A program made the position numbers and the translations under genes. A model generated the notes under the pieces. The model worked only from the letters and a program-made list of their open reading frames with translations. It was not told where the DNA came from and did no database searches. A stretch of 64,000 nt of DNA from Hyphomicrobiales bacterium (GTDB lineage: Bacteria; Pseudomonadota; Alphaproteobacteria; Rhizobiales; Aestuariivirgaceae), in contig JANLPA010000021.1 in the NCBI GenBank assembly GCA_031366855.1, positions 5,814 through 69,813 on the forward strand, read 5' to 3'. Shown piece by piece: positions 18,073-28,656 of the stretch. Each line of letters opens with the position of its first letter. Positions within the stretch are counted from its first letter, which is position 1.

Positions 18073-18087
18073 TTAAGAGGTCTTTAA
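18073..18087. promoter_or_regulatory. Candidate CtrA box TTAA-N7-TTAA
   Basis: TTAA GAGGTCT TTAA, about 50 nt upstream of the first gene of the EPS locus. Confidence 0.45.
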
Positions 18088-18139
18088 GTGATCTCGCATG
18101 AATGTGCGCTGTAATTGTCACAGGTTTTATTTGGACATT

Positions 18140-18586
18140 ATGGGCACGAGGGTTGTTTATATTTCATTAGCAGTTTTAAGTCTGGCGGTTGCGCCAGCCC
18201 ATTCTGCTGAGCCAATAGCCCAGGTGACAGCCGTGCAAGGCAAGGTTTTGCTGAACCAGGGTGATGGCTTTCAAACTGTTGAAAAAATGGCAACGGTTGA
18301 TGTGGGTGATCAGTTATTGGTGAGCAAAGATGCCAGCGTGAGTTTGGATTACGCATCGGCCGACTGTGCCTCGACGTTTCAAGACCCTTCGGTGGTGACG
18401 GTGGGCAGCACTGCCCCTTGCGCCAATAAATCGGGCACAAAAAATTCCGGTTCATCGGGTGGCGGCGGGGCTGTTTCAGGTGCTGCGCAACGCAGCTCCA
18501 CGCCTTTTTCGGTGCCATCGCTTGGTGGTGGATCGACGGGCGCAACGACGACCTCGCCTCCTCCGAAGCCTGCGAGTTTACCTTAA
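18140..18586 (+). CDS. Secreted hypothetical protein: small beta-rich domain with Cys pair and Gly/Ser/Thr/Pro-rich tail
   Basis: Signal peptide (LAVLSLAVAPAHS-A); VTAVQGKVLLNQGDGF...VGDQLLV FecR-like strands; tail ends GSTGATTTSPPPKPASLP. Confidence 0.7.
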   Translation: MGTRVVYISLAVLSLAVAPAHSAEPIAQVTAVQGKVLLNQGDGFQTVEKMATVDVGDQLLVSKDASVSLDYASADCASTFQDPSVVTVGSTAPCANKSGTKNSGSSGGGGAVSGAAQRSSTPFSVPSLGGGSTGATTTSPPPKPASLP

Positions 18587-18708
18587 GAATTTGTATTTTA
18601 GAGAACGACAAAACGGCCAGTTTGGCCAATTAATTAAAGGTTAGTTCAATTTATTGGAGTTAGATTTTGGGAGTAACAGATGAGCAAATTTCCCAAAATT
18701 GCTAAAAG

Positions 18709-20010
18709 ATGATGAAGGACGTGTTTTGGGTTTATTTGGTGTGTGGGTTTCTTGCGATCATGGTGATGGCAGGTGGAAGCTCGTTGCCCAGCCATGACCT
18801 CTTTGTCGCTCAGTCTTGGATGAGTTTGGCTGTGCTTGGTTTTGCAATCTGGCGTTTGCGCGACAATAAACTTGATGGCCTTGCTGCTTCTGGCCTGACC
18901 ATTTTGGCGGTAGGTTTTGTGACCATGTTGGCGCAGCTTATTCCCCTGCCGCAAACCATATGGTCCGTTTTGGGTGGGCGGGCGTTTGTGGTTACGAGCT
19001 TTGAGTTGGTTCGCCAGACGGGCGCTTGGCTTTCGCTTTCCCTGAGCCCAAATGCAACGCGCCAAGATATTCTTGCGCTTCTGCCAGCGGCAGCAATTTT
19101 TGTGTCCCTGTTTACGATTCCGCGTGAAGGGCGTGTTGTGATTGCGCTCACAATTTGCGCGCTAGCAATGGCCTCATTGCTTTTGAGCTTGGTGCAGCCC
19201 GGTGCTGCAACGGTGAGTGCGCAGTTTATCAATCCGAACTTCTTTGCAGCTTTGCTTTATATGAGCATTCCATTTGCAATTGCCCTTGGTTCACGGTCGG
19301 AGAAAAAATCACTTTGGGCTGTGTCAGCCATTGTGGTTCTGCTTTGTTTTGTGGGTATTGGCCAAACAAGCTCTCGCTTTGGCTTGCTCACGGCATTTGG
19401 CGTTTCTGTTGCTTCGGCATTGAGCTTTCAAAAAATCGGTCGAACGTCAGCACTATATGGCCTGCCTGTTATTACGATTCTAATTGTTATGGCCTTGCTT
19501 TTTGGTGGCACCGGGATTGAGCGATTTACCGGACTACAAGCCGCATTTGCACAACGTGCTGATATATTCAGCACCAGTGTTACAGCTTTTTTCAGCTTCT
19601 TGCCTGCAGGAAGTGGTTTTGGCAGTTTTGTTCCAATTTACCAAATGTATGAAGCGTCGGCTTCAATCACACCAAGCTATGTCAACCATGCCCATAATGA
19701 TTGGCTGGAACTTTTGTTAGAAGGCGGCCTACTGATGGCTGTGTTGATGGTGGCATACTTGCGTTGGTTTGTGCTCACTTTAAAAGCAGTGTGGGCTCAC
19801 CAGTTTGACTTTGGCAAGGCAGCTTCAATTTCTGCAATTGCTGTAATGCTGCACTCCTTGGCTGATTATCCGCTGCGGTCACCTGCCCTATTAGTGCTGT
19901 TTGCCTGTTGCTGCGGCCTGATGGTGAGGGCTGCTGCACCGCAGAACAGCAAAGAATCATTGTTGAGCTTTGATGCGGCTTTTACGCGGGCAGGAGCGGT
20001 GACAGCATGA
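18709..20010 (+). CDS. O-antigen ligase family (Wzy_C) membrane protein
   Basis: Many TM segments; NPNFFAALL, SSRFG, GSGFGSF, HAHNDWLE, LHSLADYPLR. Confidence 0.85.
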   Translation: MMKDVFWVYLVCGFLAIMVMAGGSSLPSHDLFVAQSWMSLAVLGFAIWRLRDNKLDGLAASGLTILAVGFVTMLAQLIPLPQTIWSVLGGRAFVVTSFELVRQTGAWLSLSLSPNATRQDILALLPAAAIFVSLFTIPREGRVVIALTICALAMASLLLSLVQPGAATVSAQFINPNFFAALLYMSIPFAIALGSRSEKKSLWAVSAIVVLLCFVGIGQTSSRFGLLTAFGVSVASALSFQKIGRTSALYGLPVITILIVMALLFGGTGIERFTGLQAAFAQRADIFSTSVTAFFSFLPAGSGFGSFVPIYQMYEASASITPSYVNHAHNDWLELLLEGGLLMAVLMVAYLRWFVLTLKAVWAHQFDFGKAASISAIAVMLHSLADYPLRSPALLVLFACCCGLMVRAAAPQNSKESLLSFDAAFTRAGAVTA

Positions 20011-20771
20011 TTGATCTGCACAGCCACATTCTGTTCGGCATTGATGATGGTTCGCCTGATCTGGCAACATCGCTTGCGATGGCGCGCATGGCTTTGGATG
20101 ACGGCATTAAAGTGATGGCTTGCACGCCGCATTTTCTACCGGGCCTTTATGACACTGAAGTGGCAGATGTGCGGGTGCGCGTTAATGCTTTGAGCCAAGC
20201 TCTGAGTGAACAAAGCTTAGATCTTATTTTAGTGCCAGGCGGCGATGTTCATGTGCGGCCGGATTTGGTGAAAGCGATTGCCACACAACGCGTGCTCACA
20301 CTTAATGATTCACGGTATATCTTGTTGGAACCGCCGCATGTAATTATGCCGCTGCGGTTGGAGGATTTAATTTTCAGTCTCGTGGCGGCTGGTTATGTTC
20401 CGGTGATCACACATCCTGAAAGATTGGCGTGGATTGAACATAATTATGCAGCCCTCGCGCGCATGGTTATGGCCGGGGCTTGGCTGCAAATTACCGCAGG
20501 CTCAATGACTGGCCGATTTGGTGGGCGCGCACAATATTGGACGCAAAAGCTTTTGCAAGATGGGCTGGTTCACATCATGGCAACCGATGCGCATAATCTT
20601 GGTTCAAGGCCGCCACGACTTGCTCATGCAATTGGTATTGCTGCGCGTGAGATTGGTCCAGCGGAAGCTCAGAGGCTTGTTTTCGATCGACCCCTTGCGG
20701 TGCTGCATAATCAAACTTTCGAAGCTCCACATTATTATCAGCAGCCTGCTGCTCACTGGAAAAGGGGCTGA
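20007..20771 (+). CDS. PHP-family tyrosine-protein phosphatase (CpsB/CapC/YwqE type)
   Basis: MIDLHSHIL..IDDG, CTPH, ITHPER, ATDAH..RPP. Confidence 0.9.
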   Translation: MIDLHSHILFGIDDGSPDLATSLAMARMALDDGIKVMACTPHFLPGLYDTEVADVRVRVNALSQALSEQSLDLILVPGGDVHVRPDLVKAIATQRVLTLNDSRYILLEPPHVIMPLRLEDLIFSLVAAGYVPVITHPERLAWIEHNYAALARMVMAGAWLQITAGSMTGRFGGRAQYWTQKLLQDGLVHIMATDAHNLGSRPPRLAHAIGIAAREIGPAEAQRLVFDRPLAVLHNQTFEAPHYYQQPAAHWKRG

Positions 20772-20776
20772 GAACT

Positions 20777-21538
20777 ATGCCGCACAGACATTTCATAGCT
20801 ATGTTGATGCTGCTGGTTTCCATGAGTGGTTGTGCCAAACGCGCTGGCACTGAGTATATTACTCCGGCTGGTTTTAGTGCTGGAAAAACTGAACATGCAC
20901 AAGTGATCACGGGCATTGCCGCGCAGGACGCAGCGCGTGTTTTTGCGACACGCGGCCAAGGCCACGCCGCTGCTGATGCTGATGACTACCGTATAACGCC
21001 ATTAGATGTGTTAGAAGTGAGTGTGTTGGGTGCGCAAGATTTGAACCGCACCGTGCAAGTGAGTTCGAGTGGTAATATAACTTTGCCGCTTCTGCAAAGA
21101 GTTCGCGCCGGTGGACTTACGCCAAGCCAATTGGAAACCTCAATCGCTGATAAATTACGCGTGAGTTATATGCAGTCACCGCAGGTTTCGATTTTTGTAA
21201 AGGAATTTAACAGCCAACGTGTGACTGTTGATGGGGCTGTGATAAAACCTGGCATATTCCCCTTCAGCGGGCAGCTTAGCTTGATGCAAGCGATTGCACT
21301 TTCGCAAGGTGTGACCACCGTTGCTGATGTGAGTGCAATTCTTGTGTTCCGCACGGTTAATGGTGAGCGCAGCGCTGCACGCTTCGACTTGAAACAAATT
21401 CGAACGGGCCAAACTGCTGACCCTCTGCTGAAGGCAGGTGATATTGTGATGGTGGACGAGTCTGCATCGAAAACAATGTTGCGCACAGTTAAAGAAGCTC
21501 TGCCGCTCCTCAATGTTTTCCAACTGTTTAGTCTATAG
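20777..21538 (+). CDS. Polysaccharide export lipoprotein (Wza/OPX family)
   Basis: Lipobox SMSGC; YRITPLDVLEV, GNITLPLL..V.AGGLT, VTVDGAV..PG SLBB repeat. Confidence 0.9.
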   Translation: MPHRHFIAMLMLLVSMSGCAKRAGTEYITPAGFSAGKTEHAQVITGIAAQDAARVFATRGQGHAAADADDYRITPLDVLEVSVLGAQDLNRTVQVSSSGNITLPLLQRVRAGGLTPSQLETSIADKLRVSYMQSPQVSIFVKEFNSQRVTVDGAVIKPGIFPFSGQLSLMQAIALSQGVTTVADVSAILVFRTVNGERSAARFDLKQIRTGQTADPLLKAGDIVMVDESASKTMLRTVKEALPLLNVFQLFSL

Positions 21539-21549
21539 AGAGCAAAAGC

Positions 21550-23808
21550 GTGAATCCCCCGCTAAACCATAATCACTTTGTATCTTCGGGCATGGACCGT
21601 TCACCAAATGCTCAGCGCGGACCTGAACAGGCTTTACCATATTTTGCACAATTTGCCGATGACCAAGAGGTTGCTGGAAAAATTGATCTGCAAAGATTGC
21701 TGTTCACAGCGCAAAAATATCGCGTGTGGGTTTTAAGTATTGCATCTGCCACTGTTTTAATTGCAGCAGCTTTGACCTTTTTTATGACGCCAATTTTCAG
21801 GGCAACTTCAAGCATTCAAATTGACCGCGAAACTGTTGATGTTGTGAATTTGAAAGGTGTACAGGCCGAGCAAGATCCATTTGCTGATGATTTCTATCAA
21901 ACTAAATATGAATTGCTAGCGAGCCGCTCTCTGGCTGAGCGGGTGGCCCAAGCCCTCAATCTTTCCGAAGATAAATCATTCCAAACTGCCACACCCAGCA
22001 TCAGGCACAATATTGAACGGCTGCTATTTGGAGATAGGGCTAATGTTGCCGCGTCAAAGGATTCTGATCAACGCCACCTGACGGATGTGGATTCCTTGCT
22101 CAATGGCGTTACCATTGCGCCCGTGCGTGGCAGCCGCATTGTCCGCATCAGCTTTGATCATCCGAATTCTGCGGTGGCTATGAAGATTGCCAATACCTAT
22201 GCGCAAGTGTTCATAACGGACAATCTCGATCGACGCTATGAGGCAACCTCCTATGCGCGGAGCTTTCTTGAAGATCGGCTAAAGCAGCTCAAGGTTAAGC
22301 TGGAAGATTCAGAAAAGCAATTGGTGCGCTATGCTGAGAAGGAAGGCATTATCAATATTGGCGAGGATAAAAACTTAGCCTTGGTCGATCTTGAATCAAT
22401 TAATGCCAAGCTGGCTGAAGCCCATGCCGCCAGAGTGAAGGCTGAGCTTTTGTGGAAGCGTGCACAAGCAACGGATGGTTTTGGTCTTAAAGAAATTCTA
22501 AGCAGTCCCACTATTCAAGACAATCGCAAGCAGCGCGCCAATCTTTCTGGGCAATATCAGCAGAAGCTTGCTATTTTTAAGCCTGCTTTTCCCGACATGG
22601 TGCAGTTGCGCAATCAGATTCAAGAACTTGATCGTCAAGCTGAGGCGGAAATCTATTCAATTAAATCGGCCATCGAATCATCATACCTCGCTGCCTCGCA
22701 AGAAGAAAAATCTTTGCAGGCGCAACTGGTTCAAACCAAAATCGATGTGACCACGCAACGCAACAGCAACATTGATTACACAATTCTAAAGCGCGAAACC
22801 GATACCAATCGTACGCTGTATGATGGCTTGTTGCAACGCTACAAAGAAATTGGTGTGGCTGGTGCGGTGGGAAATAATAATATTTCAGTGGTTGATTCGG
22901 CAATTCTACCCACCATTGCGCAATCGCCAAACTTAGCAAAAAATCTTGGTTTGGGCTTTGTGCTGGGCTTGATTTTTGGATTGGCTGCGGCTTTTGCTCG
23001 AGATTATTTTGACGATAGCTTTAAATCTCCCGCCGATATTGAACGCAGCATTGGCCTTAGCGTTTTAGGTGTTGTGCCAAAACCTGCGCCCGGTTTTGAA
23101 GTTGATGAAGAATTGCTCAATGCTCGCTCGGGTATGTCTGAGGCCATAAGGTCGCTGCGCACGGGCTTGCAATTTGCGAGCAGTGATGGCCTGCCAAAAA
23201 CCATGCTGGTGACCAGCAGTCGCGCCTCGGAAGGCAAAACCACAACATCGATTGCGCTCGCAAAATCGCTGGCCAGCATCGGTCTGAATGTGTTGTTGAT
23301 CGATGCCGATTTACGCAGCTCATCAGTTCATCGCAAGTTGGGTTGTAGCAATCAATTGGGCTTGAGTAATTATTTAGCGGGCAAGAAAACGGCGCAAGAA
23401 GTTGTGCAGACAACAGACACCAAGGGCTTCTATGTCATGCCATCAGGGCCTACCCCCTCTAACCCAGCTGAATTGCTTTCGGGTGTGGGCATGATGTCTC
23501 TGATGAAAGTGTGCACCAAGTCATTTAACTTTATCATCATTGATGGCCCACCTATTTTAGGTTTGGCTGATGCACCGCTTTTGGCCAGCATTGCAAAAGC
23601 CACATTGCTGGTTATTGCGGCGAGCGAAACGCGGCGTAACACCACGCGCATTGCCTTGAAGCGTTTGCAAATGGCAAGAGGCAATGTGATTGGTGCCTTG
23701 CTCAGCAAGTTTGATGCCGACCAAGCCGGTGATGGTTATGGCTATGGCTATACCGGCTATGACTACTATAGTTACGGTTCGGATGATGCCAAACATGAAG
23801 CGGCATAA
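21550..23808 (+). CDS. Polysaccharide co-polymerase / tyrosine autokinase (Wzc/ExoP/GumC family)
   Basis: Two TM segments with coiled-coil loop, SEGKTT Walker A, LLIDADLR, IIDGPP, C-terminal Tyr cluster GYGYGYTGYDYYSY. Confidence 0.92.
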   Translation: MNPPLNHNHFVSSGMDRSPNAQRGPEQALPYFAQFADDQEVAGKIDLQRLLFTAQKYRVWVLSIASATVLIAAALTFFMTPIFRATSSIQIDRETVDVVNLKGVQAEQDPFADDFYQTKYELLASRSLAERVAQALNLSEDKSFQTATPSIRHNIERLLFGDRANVAASKDSDQRHLTDVDSLLNGVTIAPVRGSRIVRISFDHPNSAVAMKIANTYAQVFITDNLDRRYEATSYARSFLEDRLKQLKVKLEDSEKQLVRYAEKEGIINIGEDKNLALVDLESINAKLAEAHAARVKAELLWKRAQATDGFGLKEILSSPTIQDNRKQRANLSGQYQQKLAIFKPAFPDMVQLRNQIQELDRQAEAEIYSIKSAIESSYLAASQEEKSLQAQLVQTKIDVTTQRNSNIDYTILKRETDTNRTLYDGLLQRYKEIGVAGAVGNNNISVVDSAILPTIAQSPNLAKNLGLGFVLGLIFGLAAAFARDYFDDSFKSPADIERSIGLSVLGVVPKPAPGFEVDEELLNARSGMSEAIRSLRTGLQFASSDGLPKTMLVTSSRASEGKTTTSIALAKSLASIGLNVLLIDADLRSSSVHRKLGCSNQLGLSNYLAGKKTAQEVVQTTDTKGFYVMPSGPTPSNPAELLSGVGMMSLMKVCTKSFNFIIIDGPPILGLADAPLLASIAKATLLVIAASETRRNTTRIALKRLQMARGNVIGALLSKFDADQAGDGYGYGYTGYDYYSYGSDDAKHEAA

Positions 23809-24997
23809 TCCCGGCACAGCTTTGCAAGTGCGGAAACTGAATGGACTCCTGCTGTCTTGGGCCGGGCATTTTTTAATTTTCTTGAGTTTACTTCTGCTGC
23901 CAAGGTTTGAGCTGCGGCCCGCTTTGACGCCTGAAATGCTGGCAAAGTTTTCAGACGCAGAACGGGCTGCGCGCACCGCACTTGAAATCGATACTATGGT
24001 GGCTGAGCCCTTGGAAAGTTCCAGCCTCAATAACCTTGCTTTATTGGAAAAATACAATGGCGATATTAGAGGCGCAGAAAAATTCTCTACGTTAGCAGCA
24101 GCCCGCAGCGCGCGCGATGGTGTGGCGCAATCTGCGTTGATCGATAGCCAAATTGCACGAGGGCAATTTTCTGATGCGCTAATTCACATTGATGGTCTGT
24201 TGCGTGCACAGCCTGCGCAAACACCGCAGGTGTTTTCTGTAGTTTTGGCTCTGACCAAACAACCAGGCGGTTTGCTGCCTGTTGTTAATATGTTGGCAAG
24301 TGATCCCCCGTGGCGGCGGAATTTTTTCAACTTTGTAAGTGCGGATCGTTCGCAAGTGGATGTGGTTTACTCACTTCTTGCTGAGATGCGAGATAGAAGA
24401 GTTCATCTTGCTGATGGAGAAATTCGTGGCTTTCTAAAAAATCTAATTGATCAAAAAAATATCGAAAAAGCTTATTTTGTTTGGCTTGATTTTTTGAACG
24501 AAAAGCAGCTGCGCAATGTAAAGCTGATCTATGATGGGGAATTTACCGAGCGGCCGCAAAACTTATTTTTTGACTGGACTGTGCGAGACATAGCTGGTGT
24601 TAGCGTTTCTCAAGTAGCGCGGATTGGGGGGCAGAATAATCAAACCCTGATGCTAGATTTTGCTTTGGCCAAACCCAGCGCAAATCTTATTGAGCAATAT
24701 GTTTTGTTGCCGCCTGGGAATTATGTTTTGAATGCTGAGGTGAATTCTAAAAATTTTAAATCAGATAATGCTTTGCAATGGCAGATCCGTTGTGCAGAGA
24801 AAACATCTGGTCAGATACTTATTAGCAGCGCCACTGGTGCTGCTGGTTGGACAAAGGTGGAAAGTAATTTCTCGGTGCCGGAGTTAAATTGCGCCTATCA
24901 AAAATTGATTTTGCGGCTCGCTGAACCTTTGAGTGTGCAGAAGGCATTATCGGGGCAAATCTATTTTGACAAGCTGCGCGTGGTAAGGAAGCTTTGA
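23795..24997 (+). CDS. EPS-locus protein: N-terminal anchor, TPR-like helices, C-terminal carbohydrate-binding-like beta domain
   Basis: Hydrophobic N-terminus; AL.HIDGLLR...PPWR helical region; YDGEF...FFDW...LPPGNY..WQIRC beta-sandwich pattern. Confidence 0.65.
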   Translation: MKRHNPGTALQVRKLNGLLLSWAGHFLIFLSLLLLPRFELRPALTPEMLAKFSDAERAARTALEIDTMVAEPLESSSLNNLALLEKYNGDIRGAEKFSTLAAARSARDGVAQSALIDSQIARGQFSDALIHIDGLLRAQPAQTPQVFSVVLALTKQPGGLLPVVNMLASDPPWRRNFFNFVSADRSQVDVVYSLLAEMRDRRVHLADGEIRGFLKNLIDQKNIEKAYFVWLDFLNEKQLRNVKLIYDGEFTERPQNLFFDWTVRDIAGVSVSQVARIGGQNNQTLMLDFALAKPSANLIEQYVLLPPGNYVLNAEVNSKNFKSDNALQWQIRCAEKTSGQILISSATGAAGWTKVESNFSVPELNCAYQKLILRLAEPLSVQKALSGQIYFDKLRVVRKL

Positions 24998-24998
24998 C

Positions 24999-26318
24999 AT
25001 GGTGATGATGTCTTCTTACCAACCGCAGAGCCAAGAACTTAAAATTGGTGTAATGCAACCCGTAAAGCGCTCGCTGTTAAGTTTGATGCGGGTGCAAATT
25101 GCTATTGTCATTGTTATTCAGTTGCTTGGAATTTATTTGCCCTTGTTGGTTGCGCTGCCAGTTACAATGTTGCGCTGGGATAGCGCTTGGATTCCGCTGA
25201 TTTATGAAACCGTGGTATGGTCTTCAGTGGCCGCTGTTTTTGGGTTTGTTCTGATGCGGCAACTTACGATCTATCCTGGTAAACATAGTGTTTCATATAT
25301 TCTGCCGTGCCTGCTGTTTTCTTATAGTTCTGTAGCGTTCATCATGTTTCTCTTGCGCACAGATTATTCGCGCTATGTGATTGTTGCTAGCTTTTTGACA
25401 GTATCGGTTTGGCTGCATATTGAATATCGTTTGCGCGAGCATCACTTCTTGCCGCTGCTTGCCATCATCCCCAATGGCAACCAACGCCGCATAACGGATA
25501 TTGCGGCAGCGCGGTGGATATTGCTGGAAAACCCTTCGATTCAATTGCACGGTGTTGAAGGTGTGGTGGCTGATCTTTCGGCCCATATGGGAAAATCTTG
25601 GGAGCGCTTTATTGCAAAATGCGTTTTGGCCGGAATTCCGGTTCATGATGTGAAGAGTGTTATGGAATCACTTACCGGGCGAGTGGACATTGAATACCTG
25701 TCGGAAAATAGTTTTGGTTCAGTGCTGCCATCCAGTATTTATTTGCGCATGCAGCGCGCTCTTGATGTTGTTTTAGCTATTATTTTGTTGCCGACTTTTG
25801 CGGTCATCATAGTAATTGCTGCTCTAGCAATTAAACTTGAAAGTGCGGGGCCAGCATTTTTCACGCAACCGCGCATGGGGTTTCGCGCACGGGTATTCAC
25901 CATTTATAAATTACGCAGTATGCGCATGGATGTGGCAACGGGCAAAGATTTTACCGAAGAGAATGATCCGCGCATTACCAAGGTGGGGCGCTTCATTCGC
26001 AAATATCGCATTGATGAATTGCCGCAGATAGTCAACATCCTAAAAGGTGAGATGAGTTGGATTGGGCCCAGACCGGAATCATTAAGGCTGGCAGATTGGT
26101 ATGCCAATGATATTCCATTTTATATTTACCGGCATGCGGTGCGGCCCGGCCTTTCAGGATGGGCGCAGGTGATGCAAGGCAATGTGGCAGAAGTTGATGC
26201 GGCCACTGTAAAGCTGCAATTTGATTTCTACTATATTAAGCACTTTTCACCATGGTTAGATTTATTGATTGTATTGAAAACCATACAAACCATGCTATCG
26301 GGATTTGGCTCGCGATAG
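24999..26318 (+). CDS. Priming undecaprenyl-phosphate glycosyl-1-phosphate transferase
   Basis: IYKLRSM, DPRITKVGRFIRKYRIDELPQ, GPRPE, RPGLSGWAQV. Confidence 0.92.
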   Translation: MVMMSSYQPQSQELKIGVMQPVKRSLLSLMRVQIAIVIVIQLLGIYLPLLVALPVTMLRWDSAWIPLIYETVVWSSVAAVFGFVLMRQLTIYPGKHSVSYILPCLLFSYSSVAFIMFLLRTDYSRYVIVASFLTVSVWLHIEYRLREHHFLPLLAIIPNGNQRRITDIAAARWILLENPSIQLHGVEGVVADLSAHMGKSWERFIAKCVLAGIPVHDVKSVMESLTGRVDIEYLSENSFGSVLPSSIYLRMQRALDVVLAIILLPTFAVIIVIAALAIKLESAGPAFFTQPRMGFRARVFTIYKLRSMRMDVATGKDFTEENDPRITKVGRFIRKYRIDELPQIVNILKGEMSWIGPRPESLRLADWYANDIPFYIYRHAVRPGLSGWAQVMQGNVAEVDAATVKLQFDFYYIKHFSPWLDLLIVLKTIQTMLSGFGSR

Positions 26319-26340
26319 TTTAGAGGCGTTTGTAGAAATC

Positions 26341-27660
26341 ATGAAATTGGCAGTTATTGGCACTGGCTATGTGGGGCTCGTTTCGGGGGCGTGTTTTTCG
26401 CATTTTGGATTTGTTGTCGCTTGCGTTGATCAAGATGCGGCGAAAATTGCAGCACTCGAATCTGGCATCATTCCAATTTATGAACCTGGCTTGGAGAGTG
26501 TTGTGGGGCGCAGCCGCCTCAATGGAAACTTGAGCTTCACCACCGATCTTGCTGCAGCGGTTAATGGCGCTGAGGCTGTGTTTATTGCAGTGGGCACACC
26601 AACCAAGGCAGGTGAAGATGAGGCTGACCTCACTTATGTTTTTGAAGCCGGGCGGCAGGTGGCGCGCCTCATTTCATCTTATACTGTGGTGGTGATCAAA
26701 TCGACAGTGCCAGTTGGAACGGCGACCAAACTACGCGCAATTATGCTTGAAGCAAATCCCGCAGCGCAATTTGATGTGGCTTCCAATCCAGAATTTTTGC
26801 GCGAGGGCAGTGCGGTTGACGATTTCTTGCATCCAGACCGCGTGGTGATTGGGGTAAATTCGCCTGAGGCTGAGAAGGTGATGCGGAATTTGTATCAACC
26901 GCTTTCGGCCAGTGCTGTGCCAATGGTGGTTACATCTTCAGAGTCAGCCGAGCTCATTAAATATACTGCTAACTGTTATCTTGCGATGCGCATTGGCTTT
27001 GTTAATCAAGTGGCTGATCTTTGCGAAACCGTTGGGGCGGATATTCGTGAAGTAGCTTTGGGAGCCGGACTCGATAAGCGCATTGGGTTACATTATTTTG
27101 CACCCGGCCCCGGCTTCGGTGGGTCATGTTTTCCAAAAGACACCCGCGCTATGATTGCCATGGCGCGCGAACACAAGGTTCCGGTTTCGATTATTGAAGA
27201 TGTGGTTGCCGCCAATGAACGCCGCCGCGTTTCAGTGGCGCAGCGTGTGGCCGCCGTGTTGGGCAGTGCGGTTAAAGAGAGTAAAATAGCCATTCTTGGC
27301 ATCGCCTTCAAAGCAGATACTGATGATATTAGAGATGCTCCGGCGCTTGAAGTTATTCCGGCGTTGCAAGCGGTGGGGGCCAAAATTTCAGTTTTTGATC
27401 CAGCTGCCATGGAGCATGGGCGCAAGGTCTTCACCAATGTTCAGTGGTGTGAAGATATGTATAGTGCTGCAAAGAATGCCGATGCCATTGTGGTGTTGAC
27501 GGAATGGAATGAATTTAGGGGTGTCGATTTTGTCAAACTTAAAAATGCCGTGCGCGGGGCGGTGATTTTCGACTTCCGCAATCTCTATCAGCCAGATGAT
27601 GTTGTGAAAGCTGGTTTCTCATATCATTCGCTGGGCCGCGCCAGCCGCTCAGCCGTTTAA
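26341..27660 (+). CDS. ugd: UDP-glucose 6-dehydrogenase
   Basis: [38 protein letters not shown]. Confidence 0.92.
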   Translation: MKLAVIGTGYVGLVSGACFSHFGFVVACVDQDAAKIAALESGIIPIYEPGLESVVGRSRLNGNLSFTTDLAAAVNGAEAVFIAVGTPTKAGEDEADLTYVFEAGRQVARLISSYTVVVIKSTVPVGTATKLRAIMLEANPAAQFDVASNPEFLREGSAVDDFLHPDRVVIGVNSPEAEKVMRNLYQPLSASAVPMVVTSSESAELIKYTANCYLAMRIGFVNQVADLCETVGADIREVALGAGLDKRIGLHYFAPGPGFGGSCFPKDTRAMIAMAREHKVPVSIIEDVVAANERRRVSVAQRVAAVLGSAVKESKIAILGIAFKADTDDIRDAPALEVIPALQAVGAKISVFDPAAMEHGRKVFTNVQWCEDMYSAAKNADAIVVLTEWNEFRGVDFVKLKNAVRGAVIFDFRNLYQPDDVVKAGFSYHSLGRASRSAV

Positions 27661-27671
27661 GGATTGTTCGT

Positions 27672-28616
27672 TTGTCTGATCATCATCATATTCTTGTAAC
27701 TGGCGGTGCTGGATTTCTTGGCTCGCATTTGGTGGACCGATTGCTTAGCGATGGCCATTCGGTTGTTTGCCTTGATAATCTTTTTACTGGCAGTGTTGCT
27801 AACCTTGCGCATCATAAAAATAATCCACGTTTGCACTTTATTGAACATGATGTGACCACGCCCTTAAATCTCAAAGTGGATTTGATTTATAATTTAGCCT
27901 GCCCGGCCTCGCCAGTGCATTATCAAGCCGATGCGGTGCGAACTTTGAAGACCAGTGTTCTTGGTGCCATCAACATGTTAGATTTGGCGCGCGAAAATGG
28001 GGCGCGCATTTTTCAAGCTTCAACCAGTGAAGTTTATGGCGACCCTGAAGTGCACCCGCAACCTGAATCTTATTGGGGCAATGTGAACCCGCATGGCATC
28101 AGGTCTTGTTATGATGAAGGCAAGCGCTGTGCTGAATCATTGTTCTTTGATTATCACCGCCAATATGGCGTTGAGATTAAAGTGGCGCGCATTTTCAACA
28201 CGTATGGTTCGCGTATGCACCCGCAAGATGGGCGCGTGGTTTCCAATTTCATTGTGCAAGCCCTGGGCGGCGAAGACCTGACGATTTATGGTGATGGCGA
28301 GCAGACCAGATCATTTTGTTATGTTGATGATTTGATCGAAGGCTTTGTTAGGTTAATGAATAGTAAAGCCGATGTGACCGGACCTGTGAACCTTGGCAAC
28401 CCAAATGAATTTACAATGCTGGAACTTGCTGAAAAAGTGCTGCATTTAACCAGCTCAAATTCAAAGCTGGTGCATTTGCTGTTACCATCTGATGATCCGC
28501 AGCAGCGCTGCCCGGATATTTCGCTGGCCATGGCTGTGCTGAATTGGAAGCCGAAAGTTGAACTTGAAAACGGTTTGGTAAAGACTATCGCCTATTTTCA
28601 GTCTTTGAAGGGTTGA
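27672..28616 (+). CDS. UDP-glucuronate decarboxylase (UDP-xylose synthase)
   Basis: [46 protein letters not shown]. Confidence 0.92.
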   Translation: MSDHHHILVTGGAGFLGSHLVDRLLSDGHSVVCLDNLFTGSVANLAHHKNNPRLHFIEHDVTTPLNLKVDLIYNLACPASPVHYQADAVRTLKTSVLGAINMLDLARENGARIFQASTSEVYGDPEVHPQPESYWGNVNPHGIRSCYDEGKRCAESLFFDYHRQYGVEIKVARIFNTYGSRMHPQDGRVVSNFIVQALGGEDLTIYGDGEQTRSFCYVDDLIEGFVRLMNSKADVTGPVNLGNPNEFTMLELAEKVLHLTSSNSKLVHLLLPSDDPQQRCPDISLAMAVLNWKPKVELENGLVKTIAYFQSLKG

Positions 28617-28656
28617 AGGGCTGCGTTTGCGGTGCTTTATTTAGGAATGTTTTTAG

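Noticed and set aside
23725-23780. GGTTATGGCTATGGCTAT-like tandem repeats
   Set aside because: They encode the normal Wzc C-terminal tyrosine cluster.
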